Shown here: positions 12,771-25,660 of the stretch, piece by piece
How the letters are laid out: each line of letters opens with the position of its first letter
Numbering within the stretch: the stretch's first letter is position 1
NCBI RefSeq assembly: GCF_036321535.1
Contig: NC_087436.1
Location: forward strand, 35,404,001 to 35,468,000
DNA: 64,000 bases
Source: Camelus dromedarius
Taxonomy: Eukaryota
Direction of reading: 5' to 3'
Translations under genes and position numbers: made by a program
The notes under the pieces: generated by a model
Database searches by the model: none
What the model was told of the DNA's origin: nothing
What the model saw: only the letters and a program-made list of their open reading frames with translations

Positions 12771-15700
12771 TTCACTGTTGATAAAATTAAAACAGCTAAA
12801 GAAACAGGGCGGTCTGGATCATGATCCTGTTGGATAGTTAGTAGGTAGGGCTTGCAAGATTTTTAGCTCTAAATTCTTGTGTTTGATATTTGACTTCAGG
12901 CTATTAACATTTAACCAGAGGCTCATAAATAAGATGAACTATGGTTAAACCCATCACGTTAATGTGTCTACTCATAAGAAAATAAGAATGCACATAAAAA
13001 TGATACACTATGGATTGCATTTGGCAGGGTAGGATGAGAGCAAGAGAGGACGAGGGAGGGTGATGTGCTTGAGGCTGATGAGTCTGGACATGGTGGCTCC
13101 CAGGCTCTTCCTTGGTCCACTGCTGTCATTGCCCTTAGCACACATGACCGGGATGACTGTGAAGTCCCTCCTACGAAGGAATTCATTTTCCTTTCTAGGT
13201 TTCCAAGTCCACTTTCGGCATCCATGCCTTAGCTGTTGCGCTGAGTCTTCTGTCTTCATAATTACATCTCTAATGTAATGCATCCAGCAACGATCCTTAC
13301 TTACATCCTCTTAATGACATACCTACTACAGGTCCATGCCAAATCCCCTTTGTCAACATTTAAGTCAATTGGTTAATACTAAACAAAACAAACACATAGA
13401 GACAAAAGAAAAGCATCAGTGGGGATTTTGGGTGAAAAGATAAGCTGAGGAATATGTATTTTGAATAATTTTTCTTCATTTTTTGCATGCTTTTAAATTC
13501 TGGAAATTGCTTGGAAATCATTTTACAATAGCTCTTTTTCATTCTTATGACTCTTACCTGACTTCCTAAAAGGTAACAAAGGAAGAAGTTTCAGGACAGA
13601 CTCTAGAAGTTCATGATGTGTTTGTTCATAAGATTTTAAGACATCATACACACATTTATATATTTTTGTTGATCTCACAAATCTTCCTTTATTTTAGCTG
13701 AAGATAATATATAAAAGTCAAAACATGTCAAAACATATATATCCTCTCTATATAACAGAAAAGTCAACAATTCATTTTAGAGGCATTCTGTGTATTTTGT
13801 AATCTAAAATGAATTTCTGCCTAAGTCCCTATTTCTCACCATAGTATATCTACATAGCTCTTATTAATGTCAAGGAAACTATTCAAGTGTCCTAATGGAA
13901 AGATAATTTGAGAACAAATGTCTTTTGAAAAGTAACAACCACTGTCAATTGAAAGAAAAGAACAGCTTTTTTTGGTTAAAGTTTGATACTGGGGGTGGGG
14001 GTGGGGAGGGATGTCTGCAATTTTGGTTGCTAAGATGAGGCTTTTTGAGGCATCATCTTTTCAGATGGAGTTTGTAATGGGTGGGTTTTAAGATTGTCTT
14101 TTGCTCCCAAATTGTATCTCTAAATGTAAGGAAGGGAAAAATGAAATCAAATCACTTTAGTAAAATATTAAAAAGTCAAACTATTTTAAATATATCAGTA
14201 TGAAAATAGAACTTTCATAAGATCTTCACTTTCTGGGGTTTTTTTTGTTTTGTTTTTTTTAAACAGCGGTCTGTTTTTTCTTTAATACTATTCATTGCTG
14301 CTCGTGTTTCCAGTCTTATACTGAGCTTCCTAACATCTGTTTTCTATTTTTCTTTAATTTCCCCTCATGACCTTTGGCCTATTCTCTGTGTTTGGAAAAA
14401 CACAGGAATTAAAGTAGACATTATCTCTATGCTTTCTCCAAACTGCATAAATTCACATTTTTAGCCTGCCTTATTTCTAAGCACAGGCTCTCTAACCACA
14501 GAATCAGTTTGTCTGTTACTGAGGAGGAAGTTTCATAATGTTCAAAATTGGGATCTGTAACCCTGGAGTGTGGCGTCCTGGGGGCTGCAAGGGCTTGTAG
14601 GGCACCAGAATATCTGTTCTAAATCTGTGGCCACTGTGAAAATTGCTCTGGCCTCGTCTAGTGTTCTAGAAAATCCCCAAAGCATGACACACTTGAAGTT
14701 ATTTTTATAATTATAGCATTTAGTCTCTCACGTGAGACTGAAAAATGTGATACTAATATAGGATGAGAACATATTGTGCAGGTTTGAAAAAACATCAGTT
14801 AAATGAGCAGTTACTTAACGATCATGCTTAACGAGCTAAATTATTCACCAAAGGTAACAGTGAGAGAAACAAAGAGGAATTCAATGCTGTGCTAAATGCA
14901 GACCATACATTAGAACACAGAAAGCCTGAGCTACACAGAACCGCTGGGTAACCAATATTCTGAATAAATGGGTGAATAGGTGGGGGATTATCCAAAGGAG
15001 CCTCCATTTTTCTAATGACTCTGAATATAATATATACTTTTATACCTCCTTTTAATTGAATTATAATTTACATGCAAAAAAAGTACATAGATCTTATGTA
15101 TACAACTGGGTAGGTTACCCAGATATACATACCTGTGTTCCATGCCTTCTTAAACAGAATATGCCTAAAACAATTATAGTTTTCTTGGGAACCCAGGTGC
15201 AGATACTATTGTGTTAAAATATATAATGCCTTCAAAGTCTAGTGATGGGACTTGAATTTGTTGCCTTTACTGTAAGAGACTTTATCTTACTTGGTTCTTT
15301 CTGCTTCCTGTAGATTTTTCTGCCTCATTTTAAATTTTCACTTAGTTGTCTTTATATGCCTGGACCTAATGTGGAATCAAATAAGATGTCCAACAAAAGT
15401 TTGTAGTAACAAATTGGCTATTGGACATCCAGACTTGAGGGCATTATATGGCTAGTGAAAGTAAATAACGTCGAGAGTTTTTGTCCTAAAGGAACAAGTA
15501 TTAGTAATGTTAATGAGTTTTTAGAGGTCACAAAATATCTTGCTTATCCAAACTGAGGTAAGACTTGCTACACTGACGTTTTGTAAGTACCACTGACAGA
15601 GGATCTGAAACTACAGCCATGCCGAGAAGGGCTCAGTCATCCCGAACCTAACAGAGCCAGCAAGATAACTGGCTGAGATGCTGATATCACATTACACAAC

Positions 15701-18700
15701 CAGACAAGTCCTATGAAAGACTCTTCAACAAACAACCTGCTTCTGTAATATGGAGGTTCCACACAGACCTTCTTTGTGCATTCGAAAGCGTCAGAGAGAT
15801 TTCGCCTTCTTATGCTCAGAATTGGCCAAGATCATGCTGCACAATCTTGAAGAGTTTCTTTGATTTTTAGAACAAATATGCTCAATTAGAAGCTTTGAAG
15901 GAACCCTTGGAAGGAACGCACCACTATCTCAAGGCAACTTTGTCAAGTAAGGCACGTGCTTCCAAGACTCTAAGGTCAGCTCCAAGGAGCCCAGGTGGGC
16001 CACCCCTTCACCCCAGGGAGTATCACTCATGGGGATATTAGGGAGGCAGAAAAATAGTTAAGAACCCTGACCTTGAGTTACCAGTTTGGTAAAGGTGACC
16101 CTATAGAGGAATTATACGAAGTCCAAAAAAGCAGAATTCCCCAAGAAGCAGAAACCACAGCTAATTAGATCAATTATTATCACTGGAAACTCACTGCAGA
16201 GAGAGCATTATGCTATTACCCAAGACAGCCGCCAGCAGGCTGCAGCCATGCTCTGCACTCACCCGACCCCGCCTCAGCCTGAAGACCACTCGGCTAGAGA
16301 GAACCAACAAAAATCACAGCTTTTCTACTCCTTTTGGCACCAGCAACTAGTTTTACAAGTTCCCTTCAAAGATTGAATGACTTCCTGTTTATCTCTACGA
16401 AGTGTTTTTTATACAGATTTTGCTACATATTTCAATATCAAACAAAGCATTTCCCTCCAAGAAGCACTATTTTAGAGGATAAAATGCAAAATTTTCTGGG
16501 AAGACAAAGGTGAGCCTAAAACAAAAAGATGGACCTATGATGTTCCTTACTTTTATAGTTTAAGATCATTTTTATTAATTATTTACTTGTAACATTGCCT
16601 GGGTCTGTGGATCTTTTTCTACAAATGCTCTCTTATATAGTTCTTTGAAATTACAATTTTAAAAAAAGTAACCAAAGTGTTTTCCATGATGTAGAGAAGT
16701 AAATAAATAAATCAGAAACCTTAAAAAGGCTAGCTATTTCTGTTCACCATCATACTTGAAATGAGGAATTTATTTTTGGTCCACTTTGTATTTTTCTCTT
16801 ATGTGTCATAAGAGTGATTGTCAAAGTAATAGAAGAGGATCTTTTCTTGACACCAGAACTATGAAATGTAAGACAAATTATTTTATTTGGCTAACCATTT
16901 TTATAGATCTATATTTAAACGCGATTAAATCCATTTTAGAATCACGTCCATGTGACCCTTCATTCTTCCTTTCCAAGTTTTTTAGTTTCTCTTTGAATAT
17001 GCTGTATTCTCCACTACAAAGTTTGCATATCCGGTGTTTATTCCCACTTTCTTTTAAAACAAATTAGTCTTGGCACAGTGCAGGCATACTTTCAATGTTT
17101 GCTTCCTCCTCTTGCTTGAAATAAAGGTTCAAAAACAATTTCAAAAGAGCCAGGGATCTCTCAATTCTCTGAACACCTAAAGCACTTTTTTAAACCATCA
17201 TCCAGTAGAAAATGCTATTTCCTGGAGGCCCAGTTTATGCACCTCCCCAGATGGGACTGTTCTCATCTGCCCCAGCTTGCCTCTGCTGCTTGTCCTGCTT
17301 TCTCACGTTGAAAGCCTGGACTCCTCTCCCCAGCATCACCTTGTCTTCCAGCAGCGCGGTCTCCTTGGCACCTGGACAGTTGGAGCCAAACACTCCCCAA
17401 CACCTCAGTCCCACGCATCAGCACTCGGAGACACTGGCTGATCTGGGGGGCTGCACAGAAGGGCCAGGGAGCAGTACCTGAAAGTGCAGGGAATTCAAAA
17501 GAGACAGAAAGAGAGGGAGAGAGGGGAAGGATGAGGAGACAGCACATTCTCTCAGCTATACCTTCCTTGGCCACTATTTCAGCGCACAACACGCCATATT
17601 GCTTCTCCAGAGACACCCTGTTTATGCGGTCTTTTCTTGTTGAGCTCTGGCCAACATAATAATGTGACATTTGTGTTTACTCTTCCTCCATCTCTGACTC
17701 CCATCCATTTTTCCCTCCTCACTTCCCTTGGCATTATACTCCTCCAATGAAACGTTAGCACATTAGCTTCACCACAGGCTCTATTTTCTGGAGAACTGGG
17801 GCTTAGATGCCATTTTTACTAGATTATATTTGTTCAGGTTTAAATCTCTCTGTATCCTTCACAGCACCTGCTTTTGTACAAAATACTACTAGTATATACC
17901 ACATACTAGTAGATGTTAAATAATACATTCCTGCTGGAAGATCAGCTAGTTTAAAAAAAAAAAAAAGAGCATGTGTCTAAACCCCTAATGGAAACATCCA
18001 CAAAGAGGCTCGTCTTTATCATTTCTCTTTATAAAAAGCATGAGTATTTACTTGAAAGTATTATGTATCAGGCAGCCCCTAGCTGATAAATAACATTTAA
18101 AAGCTATTTTCAACCTATTTTTAGAATGAGAGAACTAATACTTGTATTTTCAAAGCAGAAACATCCACGTCTGTAAACTCCATTCTTAAGTCATGGTTGT
18201 TACTAAATTTTCCATGCCACTTCCCCCAAACTAGAAAAACCTTGAACTAAAATTAAATGATTATAAAGCATTTGTGAATCTACATAAAGTATATTTTTAT
18301 AGAACTTTTTTTTAAGGAGGGCTCAATCATCAACATCTGTCTTTATAGATGCCAAAATTACAAATTCCTGCGCCCCATGCTACTTCTCAGTTTCTGGATC
18401 TGACTGATGTTAGTGCTCAAAAAAAACAAGCAAACCTATTGACAAAGTTATTTTCAGTTGAGTATCCAAATATTTTTATTTAAATACCTCTTTAATCCCA
18501 ATTGCTTTTTTTTATCTTTCGTTTTGTTTTGTTTTGTTTTGTTTTTACTTTTTTAAATATTGGAAGAGAGATTCAAAAGTTGCTCAAAGACACATGGCAT
18601 AAAGTGTCAATACTGGAACATGAGGAGTTTCCGTTCTGAAAGTTGCTTGTTTATCAAGCCAGATACGATCCTATTTAGACACCCTGTGCTCTTTCAGAAG

Positions 18701-21579
18701 TAAGACTTCCGCAGGTGTGCCGCTGGCCACCCCTCTTTTCTCTCTAGAGGGGAAATTCTAGCTGTCTCTACAGTAAAGACACTCTCAGATGTTTGGATTT
18801 TAAAGACATTGTGGGACCACTCAATATATGAGGAAGAAACAGGAGTCCAGAGTTATCTGCTCTGTAATTACAGTGGATCTCCTGGGAGCCCTCCCATAAA
18901 GCTAACAAGATGATATACAGTCAAAATAGAGGATCTTGCCTCATATGTGTGAGACAAGCACAAATGGTAAAATGAGATAGCACAGCATAGAATTCACATT
19001 AATAACATCATGTAACCCACACTTGTGTTATGTCAGTGGTAATTCCAATGCATTCATGATAGTTGAGAGTTCTTCTGCCAAGTCATTCCCTTCATGTACC
19101 TAAGACTGGAGAGCACACTTCAAGGGTATAATGACTGGAAATTGGGGGAGGGGGGAATCTTATTACAGAAGCCTTAAATGCCAGAAGCCAATTTATTATT
19201 TAAATCAATTCAGTACAAGGTAAAGAGTTACTGAAAATATTTTTGGAACAGGAGAAAAGTAATCTTAGGGCTTCACTCAGAAAAAGAGTTTGGTGTTGTA
19301 TGTATTATGGGGAGAGTAAAAGTGAGATGATTTAAGATGCTACTGCATTGGTCCAGACAACATGGACTAGAAGCACCGGACAGATGCAAGGGACAGTAGA
19401 GTGCAGAAGCTCTATGACTTGGTTCCCCTTGTTCCCATTCCACCTCCCCCATCTTCCCAAATTAAAGTGAGAAGAGGCAGCCATGTGGACTGCTGGCAAT
19501 GGTCCTCACTCTTCCCAAGGTACCAGCCCAATCTGCAACCCCTTATGTGTAGTTCTGCTCAATCCAGTTTGAGCTACAGTTGCTCTAGGCAAGATGAAGT
19601 TTTTTGACTATTTTTTAAATAAAGAGCTCACTATAAATTCTAGATTTTGGAATTCTAAATTTGAAGCCTAATACTAAGGTTCTCATACTCCAAAAATTTT
19701 TTGTCTAGTCTCTAACTTAGTGACGTGAGATATTTGTGCTGTATTTGGTTACAAGTGTTGTTTATTTGGAGTTGGGGTGGGCACACAGGCACGGTGCATC
19801 ACTGATTTCACGATGAGTTCAGATTCAATCTGTTCCTTCTTATTTCTCATATCATCTCTTAATAAAAAGTGTTTAAATGTCATTTTAAAATACTTTTCAG
19901 ATTTTATGTTACAACTAAATAACCTGATTACAAATTTTTGTCATCTTTGGTAATTCTTAGTAGCAGTAAGAAAGCATTGCTTTCTTCCTTGCTGCCTAAA
20001 CCTTGGCTTATTTAATAGGTGCTGAACATCAAAGTGTAACTAATGGACCATAAGACACTTAAAACACCTTCATGGACTAATTAGTAAAATTTCCTTTATG
20101 TAATTCTTGGAGGATCGATCTCCAAGAAAATTACAACCTGGTGACAACATGAACAGAAAATGCAAGGTTAAACCCTCATTGTAACAGAATAGCAAATAGT
20201 GGCCACTTGGCTGATCATAGCAAACATGAATCAAATTAGTACTTATCCAGTTCATTTATTATATAACATTTGCTTAAAAACTGCTTTCTTTCTATGAAAT
20301 TGAGTCTTTTAACTGAATTTTTTCAGCCTGAAGCAAATAATTTTACTGTAGTGGCTACTGATCAATTCTTTAAGAAAATATCTAGGTAGAGACTAACTTT
20401 TTTAAAAATTGGCTTGTTTAATAGTTCCAGTGTAATTGAAGAGATCCTAATAAGCCATTTTCTGTATTAGGATATGAAACCTTGTTAAGACAACTAAATA
20501 TTAATAATGCCTTTTCATTCTTCAAATACAAATTAAGGGGAAAAAACCTTCTAAATGAAAAGATGGAATCAATGAACTAAATTCAGCTAACACGAGTCTT
20601 ATCCTTTAGAAACAGGCTGTGCTTGTTACTAACCAAGGATTCCTGAGACAAGGAACCTGACTTCATCTGTTTTACCATAAATATTTTGATTCAAGAGAAC
20701 ATAAACTGGCTTTCCATATCAGGGAAAAACCTCACCTTTCAGTCCATCTTCAACCATCATAAAAGACTTTCAAGTGAGGAAAGGTGAAAACAAACCCAAT
20801 CAGTTATTAGCAGTGTTTGTGAAAACAAAGTAGACTGGTCTCTAATTTTGAGTTCAAAAGTTTATCAAAAGCCACATTTTTCTGAACTAGTTAAGCAGAC
20901 AATAGCCTCCTTGATCTGCTGTTACTTTGAAAACATAATGATCTGTTGTTTATTTTTTCATATTTGAAACTTGAAACAAAAGCCAAATGTAGTTTTTAAA
21001 CTGCTTTACTTCTCTTAAATGATCAGAATGTGTGATCCCGCATGTGTGCAAACTGACTTCTTTTCTCTGAAAGCTATATGCACAACCAAGGTTTACAGAT
21101 ACAGTCTGCCCTTGCCCACAAAGCCCTCACCAATGTATTGGCATAACTAAATAGTGTATTTCACTTTCAGACTGTAAACAGAGAATTTACAAATTCTCAA
21201 CTGGGAAAACCTACACATTGAATTTGAGTCTGTCTAGCCTGAAGTGCTGGAAAACTCCCAAGACATCCTCCTCAGATCCATTGGGGATGTGAGGCAAAGG
21301 TGAGGCTCATCAAGGTAGCATGGCATCCTTGTACATGTTCAACAGAAGGGACCCAGTTGAACACATTCAACTTATCTGTACCTGTGAGGATGGCCTTTTG
21401 TGGGATTTTTAACATGTGGTTTCTGCATTGTTTGGGAGTGTTCAATTTTGCTATAGAAGTCAGGAAAAAATGGAATGGATAAAACTCATAAGAAATATCA
21501 GAAAGTAAGTCAATCAGTAAAGCATATTAAAGATGGGTTGAATTGATGGGCCATATGGTGTTTAAGACAGATAAAAACA

Positions 21580-22188
21580 ATGAAACAAATACTAAATTCT
21601 GGAGAGGGTTTGGAGAAAAGGGAACCCTCCTATGCTGTTGGTAAGAATGTAAATTGGTGCAGCCACTATGGAAAACAATATGGAAGTTCCTCAAAAAACT
21701 ACAAATAGGTTACCATATGATCCAACAATCCCACTCCTGGACATATATTCAGAAAAGACAAAAACTCTAATTTGAAAAGATATAAGCACTGTTTATTTAT
21801 ATGGTATATATGTACAATGGAATATTACTTAATCATAAAAAAAGAATTAAATGCCATTTGCAGCAACATGGATGGACCTAGAGATTATCATACTAAGTGA
21901 AGTAAGTCAGAGACAGATATAAAGATACCACTTATAGGCAGAATCTTAAAAAAAGATACAAATGAATGTATTTACAAAACAGAAACAGACTCATACACAT
22001 AGAAACCTGTGGTTACCAGGGGGGGAACAGGGGAGAGGGATAAATTAGGAGTCTGGAATTAGCAGATACACACTACTATATCTAAAATAGATAAACAACA
22101 AGGATCTTCTGTATAGCCCAGAGAACTGTATTCAATTTCTTGTAATAACCTATAATGAAAAAGCACCTGAAAAAAAAAATATATATAG
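21580..22188 (+). mobile_element. L1 ORF2 end plus 3'UTR (internally deleted)
   Basis: ggagaaaagggaaccctcc...aatgtaaattggtgcagccactatggaaaac...gccatttgcagcaacatggatggacctagagattatcatactaagtgaagtaagtcag. Confidence 0.92.
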
Positions 22189-22223
22189 CACCTTTCACCT
22201 GCCAAGCCCCTTGCTTTACGTCC

Positions 22224-22711
22224 TATATTAGTTTCCTTTAGCTGCCATAACAAACTGCCACAAACTTAGTGGCTTAAACAACACAATTAATTTCTTACAG
22301 TACTGTAGGTTGGAGGTGGGATATGAATTTCACTGGGCAAAAATCAAGGTATCAGCTGGGCTGTGTTCCTTTCTGAAGGCTTTAGAGGAGAGTCAATTTC
22401 CCTGCCCTTTGTAGGTCACTCTTTAGCCAGTGGTCCCTTCCTTTGTGTTCAAAGTCAGCAATGAACATCACACCTTTATGACCCTACATTCATCCTCACT
22501 TCTGTCTCTGCTGTAGCCAGAAAATCTTCCCCAGTGTTTAAGTACACATGTGATTAGATTAGATTCATCTACATGATCGAGAATAATTTCCCCACCTCAA
22601 GGTCCTTAACACAATCATGTCTGCAGAATCCCTTTTGCCATGTCAGACAATATATTGGCAGCATCTGGGAATCAGGGCATGAACACCTTAAGGGCAGTAT
22701 GCCTACCACAC
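22224..22711 (-). mobile_element. MaLR LTR (MLT1C/D-like)
   Basis: tattagtttcctttagctgccataacaaactgccacaaacttagtggcttaaacaacac...gcctaccaca. Confidence 0.85.
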
Positions 22712-23689
22712 CTGGTTTCTGTAACCATGCTATCAATAGGGAGGGCCAGAGCATGTGACCATGACTAAGCTGGACTTGATTGGATGGGCCTTCCGTTTAC
22801 TTGCTCCCTGTTTATTCCAAGTGTGTCAGTTTATTCAGTCCCCTGTCCTTTACTACCATTGTACATTTGCAGTTCTTTAATACATTCTGTGATATGAGCA
22901 TTTTCTTTTAGTCTGTCTGTCTTTCTGTTTCATGAGCTCTGGAATGAGCTGCCTGAGAGTGTACCTGGAGGCCACCACTGAATCATGGTAATGCCGTAAA
23001 CAACAGGATCTCAGTCTTGGCTGGTCCCCAGATGGAGCCACTCAAACCCCACAACCTCATATACGTAAATCAGATGAGAATATAAATAATTGATCACTTA
23101 TCTTTCCTGGAATAAAACAAGTCTATTACTGAAAGAGTAGAAGTTCAAATCGATCAAAAAAGAAACCGAGAAAGCTACGAGTAGGAAGAAGCAGATATAA
23201 AAATGGAAACAGTTTTAATTCAGTAGAAACTAGAAACCAGAAAGGCATACTGCTTGGATTGCCAAGAATGATAACTTTAAGCCTGGAGTAGAAATTGAAG
23301 GTCAAAGAGGGAAGTTATTTGTGGTAGCCAAAAAAGGTCAGTCTCAGAGCAAGAGAAGTTTAAAACTAGAAAAAGAACTCTGATTTTTCAGTAGGCAAGC
23401 CAAAAAACGTGACTTAGGCATATTTTTGGCCTGAGCAGTGATATAAAGTTCTTTGTGTCCCAGGTTTCTTAATCTTATATTTTAAGCTGGACCCTGTATC
23501 CATTTTAGGCACCCAGTATTTGCCTATCTACATTACTGGGCACCTGTTATATGCAAAGCATTTTCCTAGGTGCCTTAAGCCTGGCTTTTGGAAAACAAAA
23601 ATGGAAACTAATGACTGTAGCACACCATCTGGCTCCTGCGAACCCCTCCAGCTTTTCACATCAGCCTTCCCCTTACCTACAGTGTCTCC

Positions 23690-24130
23690 TTTCTGCTATT
23701 CAACACCCCAGTGAATAACACCTGAGTTATTTCCACTCTTAAGGTCTTTGCTGTTGCTTCTTCCGGAATGCTCTTTTCAGATTCTGCCCCAAGTTGGCTA
23801 CTCCCTGCATTAGGTGTCCGTTCAGATGTCACTTCGGAGAGGTCTTCTCTGCCCACCTTGTCTAAAGTTGCATCCCCCACTCCTACCCTAGCTGTGCTCT
23901 ATGGTGTTACTTCTTCCACAACCCCCATTACGATTTGCAAGTACCTTATGCATTTGTTCACTTGGAGTCAATAATCTGTTTCTTTGTTTCTGTTCACTAG
24001 AATGCAAACTCCAGGTCTGTGTTCTCACGTCTATATCACCAGCACCCAGTGCTCAGTGTTTTACACATTTTAAATAAAATCTGAATGACTACATTAATGA
24101 CTAAGTAAATGGATGGATGAATGAGTTTAA
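23690..24130 (+). mobile_element. L2 3' remnant
   Basis: ggtctttgctgttgct...ttcagatgtcacttcggagagg...cactagaatgcaaactcca...atggatggatgaatga. Confidence 0.7.
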
Positions 24131-24231
24131 GGATGAATTAGATTATGTTTTCTGATAACACTGTTGAAGTTGTAATTCTACTGAGATATGTACAGAACTA
24201 AAAATTGTCATGTTTCTGACTGGACTATATT

Positions 24232-24540
24232 CATGGTTCCCAAACTCTGTGCCCAAGCATACCAGGAAACTACAAGTAACATTCAGAGGTGACACTGGAT
24301 ACGTTAAACATTTGAGGAATTTATAGCAAAACATGTATTAGACACCATGAGAACTGCTAGATCAAGGTCATTCACACTTTCAATGTTAGAACACATTCCA
24401 TTTTTTGATGATGTCATATTTTGTGAAGATGGGTTTTCTATGGTTGCCATCATAACAAGCAAATACCATGCAAAAATCAGTGTAGAATAGGAAATGAACT
24501 TGGTGGTATGCATTCTGAGTCCAAGACTGGCAAAACAGTA
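24232..24540 (+). mobile_element. hAT-Charlie DNA transposon fragment with decayed transposase C-terminus
   Basis: From ~24422 reads CEDGFSMVAIITSKYHAKISVE*EMNLVVCILSPRLAK, matching the hAT C-terminal dimerisation motif (CExGFS...KYR). Confidence 0.7.
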
Positions 24541-24803
24541 CAGGGCTCAACAGGTAAATAATCTGGTAATTAAAATTAAACTCTCTAGTAGCCACATTTT
24601 TAAAAGTAAAAAAAAAAAAAAAGCAGGTCAAATTAATTTTAATGATATATTTTATTTAACCCAGTCAGTCAAAATACTACAATTTCACATGTAGTCAATA
24701 TAAAAACATTAAAGTAATACTTTAACCTCTTTTATGCATTCTTGGTCTTTCAGTTCAGACCAGCCACACTCAGATGCCCAGCAGATACTTGTGGCCAGAG
24801 CTG
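24541..24803. mobile_element. MER33-like hAT MITE
   Basis: tctagtagccacattttaaaagtaaaaa...aattaattttaatgatatattttatttaaccca...tagtcaatataaaaa motif. Confidence 0.75.
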
Positions 24804-25137
24804 GTCTACAGCCATAAGATCTCAAGCAGAAGCATGTTCCATTACAAAATTCTCCTATTTTTTTTAGTCTAAAGAAGAAAAATTTTAACCAGGTCATAGG
24901 GCAAACAACCAATAATTGAACACAACTTAAAAGAGAAGCTAGGATAAAATACTGTTTGCATTTATTACAAATTAATAGTCTGTCAATGATTTCATACTTA
25001 TTCACCTGATGTAATGGCATCCTTTTAATGAGATAATTTGTTTGGAGCATTTACACAGTACTTGGCATGATTCTGGATAAGTATTGAGTATTGTTATTAA
25101 TACCAAGGATATTGTTGCATATTGTTATATAGCATAT

Positions 25138-25660
25138 TGCTGCAGGGAAGTGTGTTTCAGCTCAGTGTTACAGCTCCGTTGTGACAGCAACCTGGATCCA
25201 GGCGAGAGACCAAGCAGCACTCACAGAGTTGGAGAACTCAGGTTTATTATGCCGGCAGGCCCAGAGGAATTAATATTCCAAGCTCTGGACCCCGTCTGTA
25301 GGTTTACGCAGGCTTTTATAGGCTGCCAGTTTATACTTTGCAACATCATATGCAAATAAGGTGTAACAAAGTTGACTAATTAGGAACGAGCTTTGTAGAA
25401 ATGGACAAATCAGGAGTGATAGAAATGGGCCAGTCAGGAGTGAGCTCCATGCAAATGAGGCATTATGAATGGACCAATCAGGAGTTAGCTCAGGGAACCA
25501 ATAGAATCTTAGGTATCAGTTCTGCTTTCCTAGAAGTAAGCCGTTTTAGAGTTAAAAAGCAAGATAATGCCGCTGGGCTAGGGAACCAAATGGTGCTGGT
25601 AGGAGAGTAGTGGCCCTGCCTGGGGGTCCTGCTATCTTTTTAATGGGGCTTCCCACCTCA
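25138..25660 (-). mobile_element. Intact ERV1-class solo LTR (523 bp)
   Basis: TG...CA termini and 4-bp TSD atat (25134-25137, 25661-25664). Minus-strand TATAAAA (25314-25320) lies upstream of AATAAA (25243-25248), in U3-R-U5 order. Confidence 0.85.

Noticed and set aside
17886..17912. 10-bp inverted repeat ctactagtat/atactagtag
   Set aside because: Short, AT-rich and built from a duplicated self-palindrome; plausible by chance or slippage.
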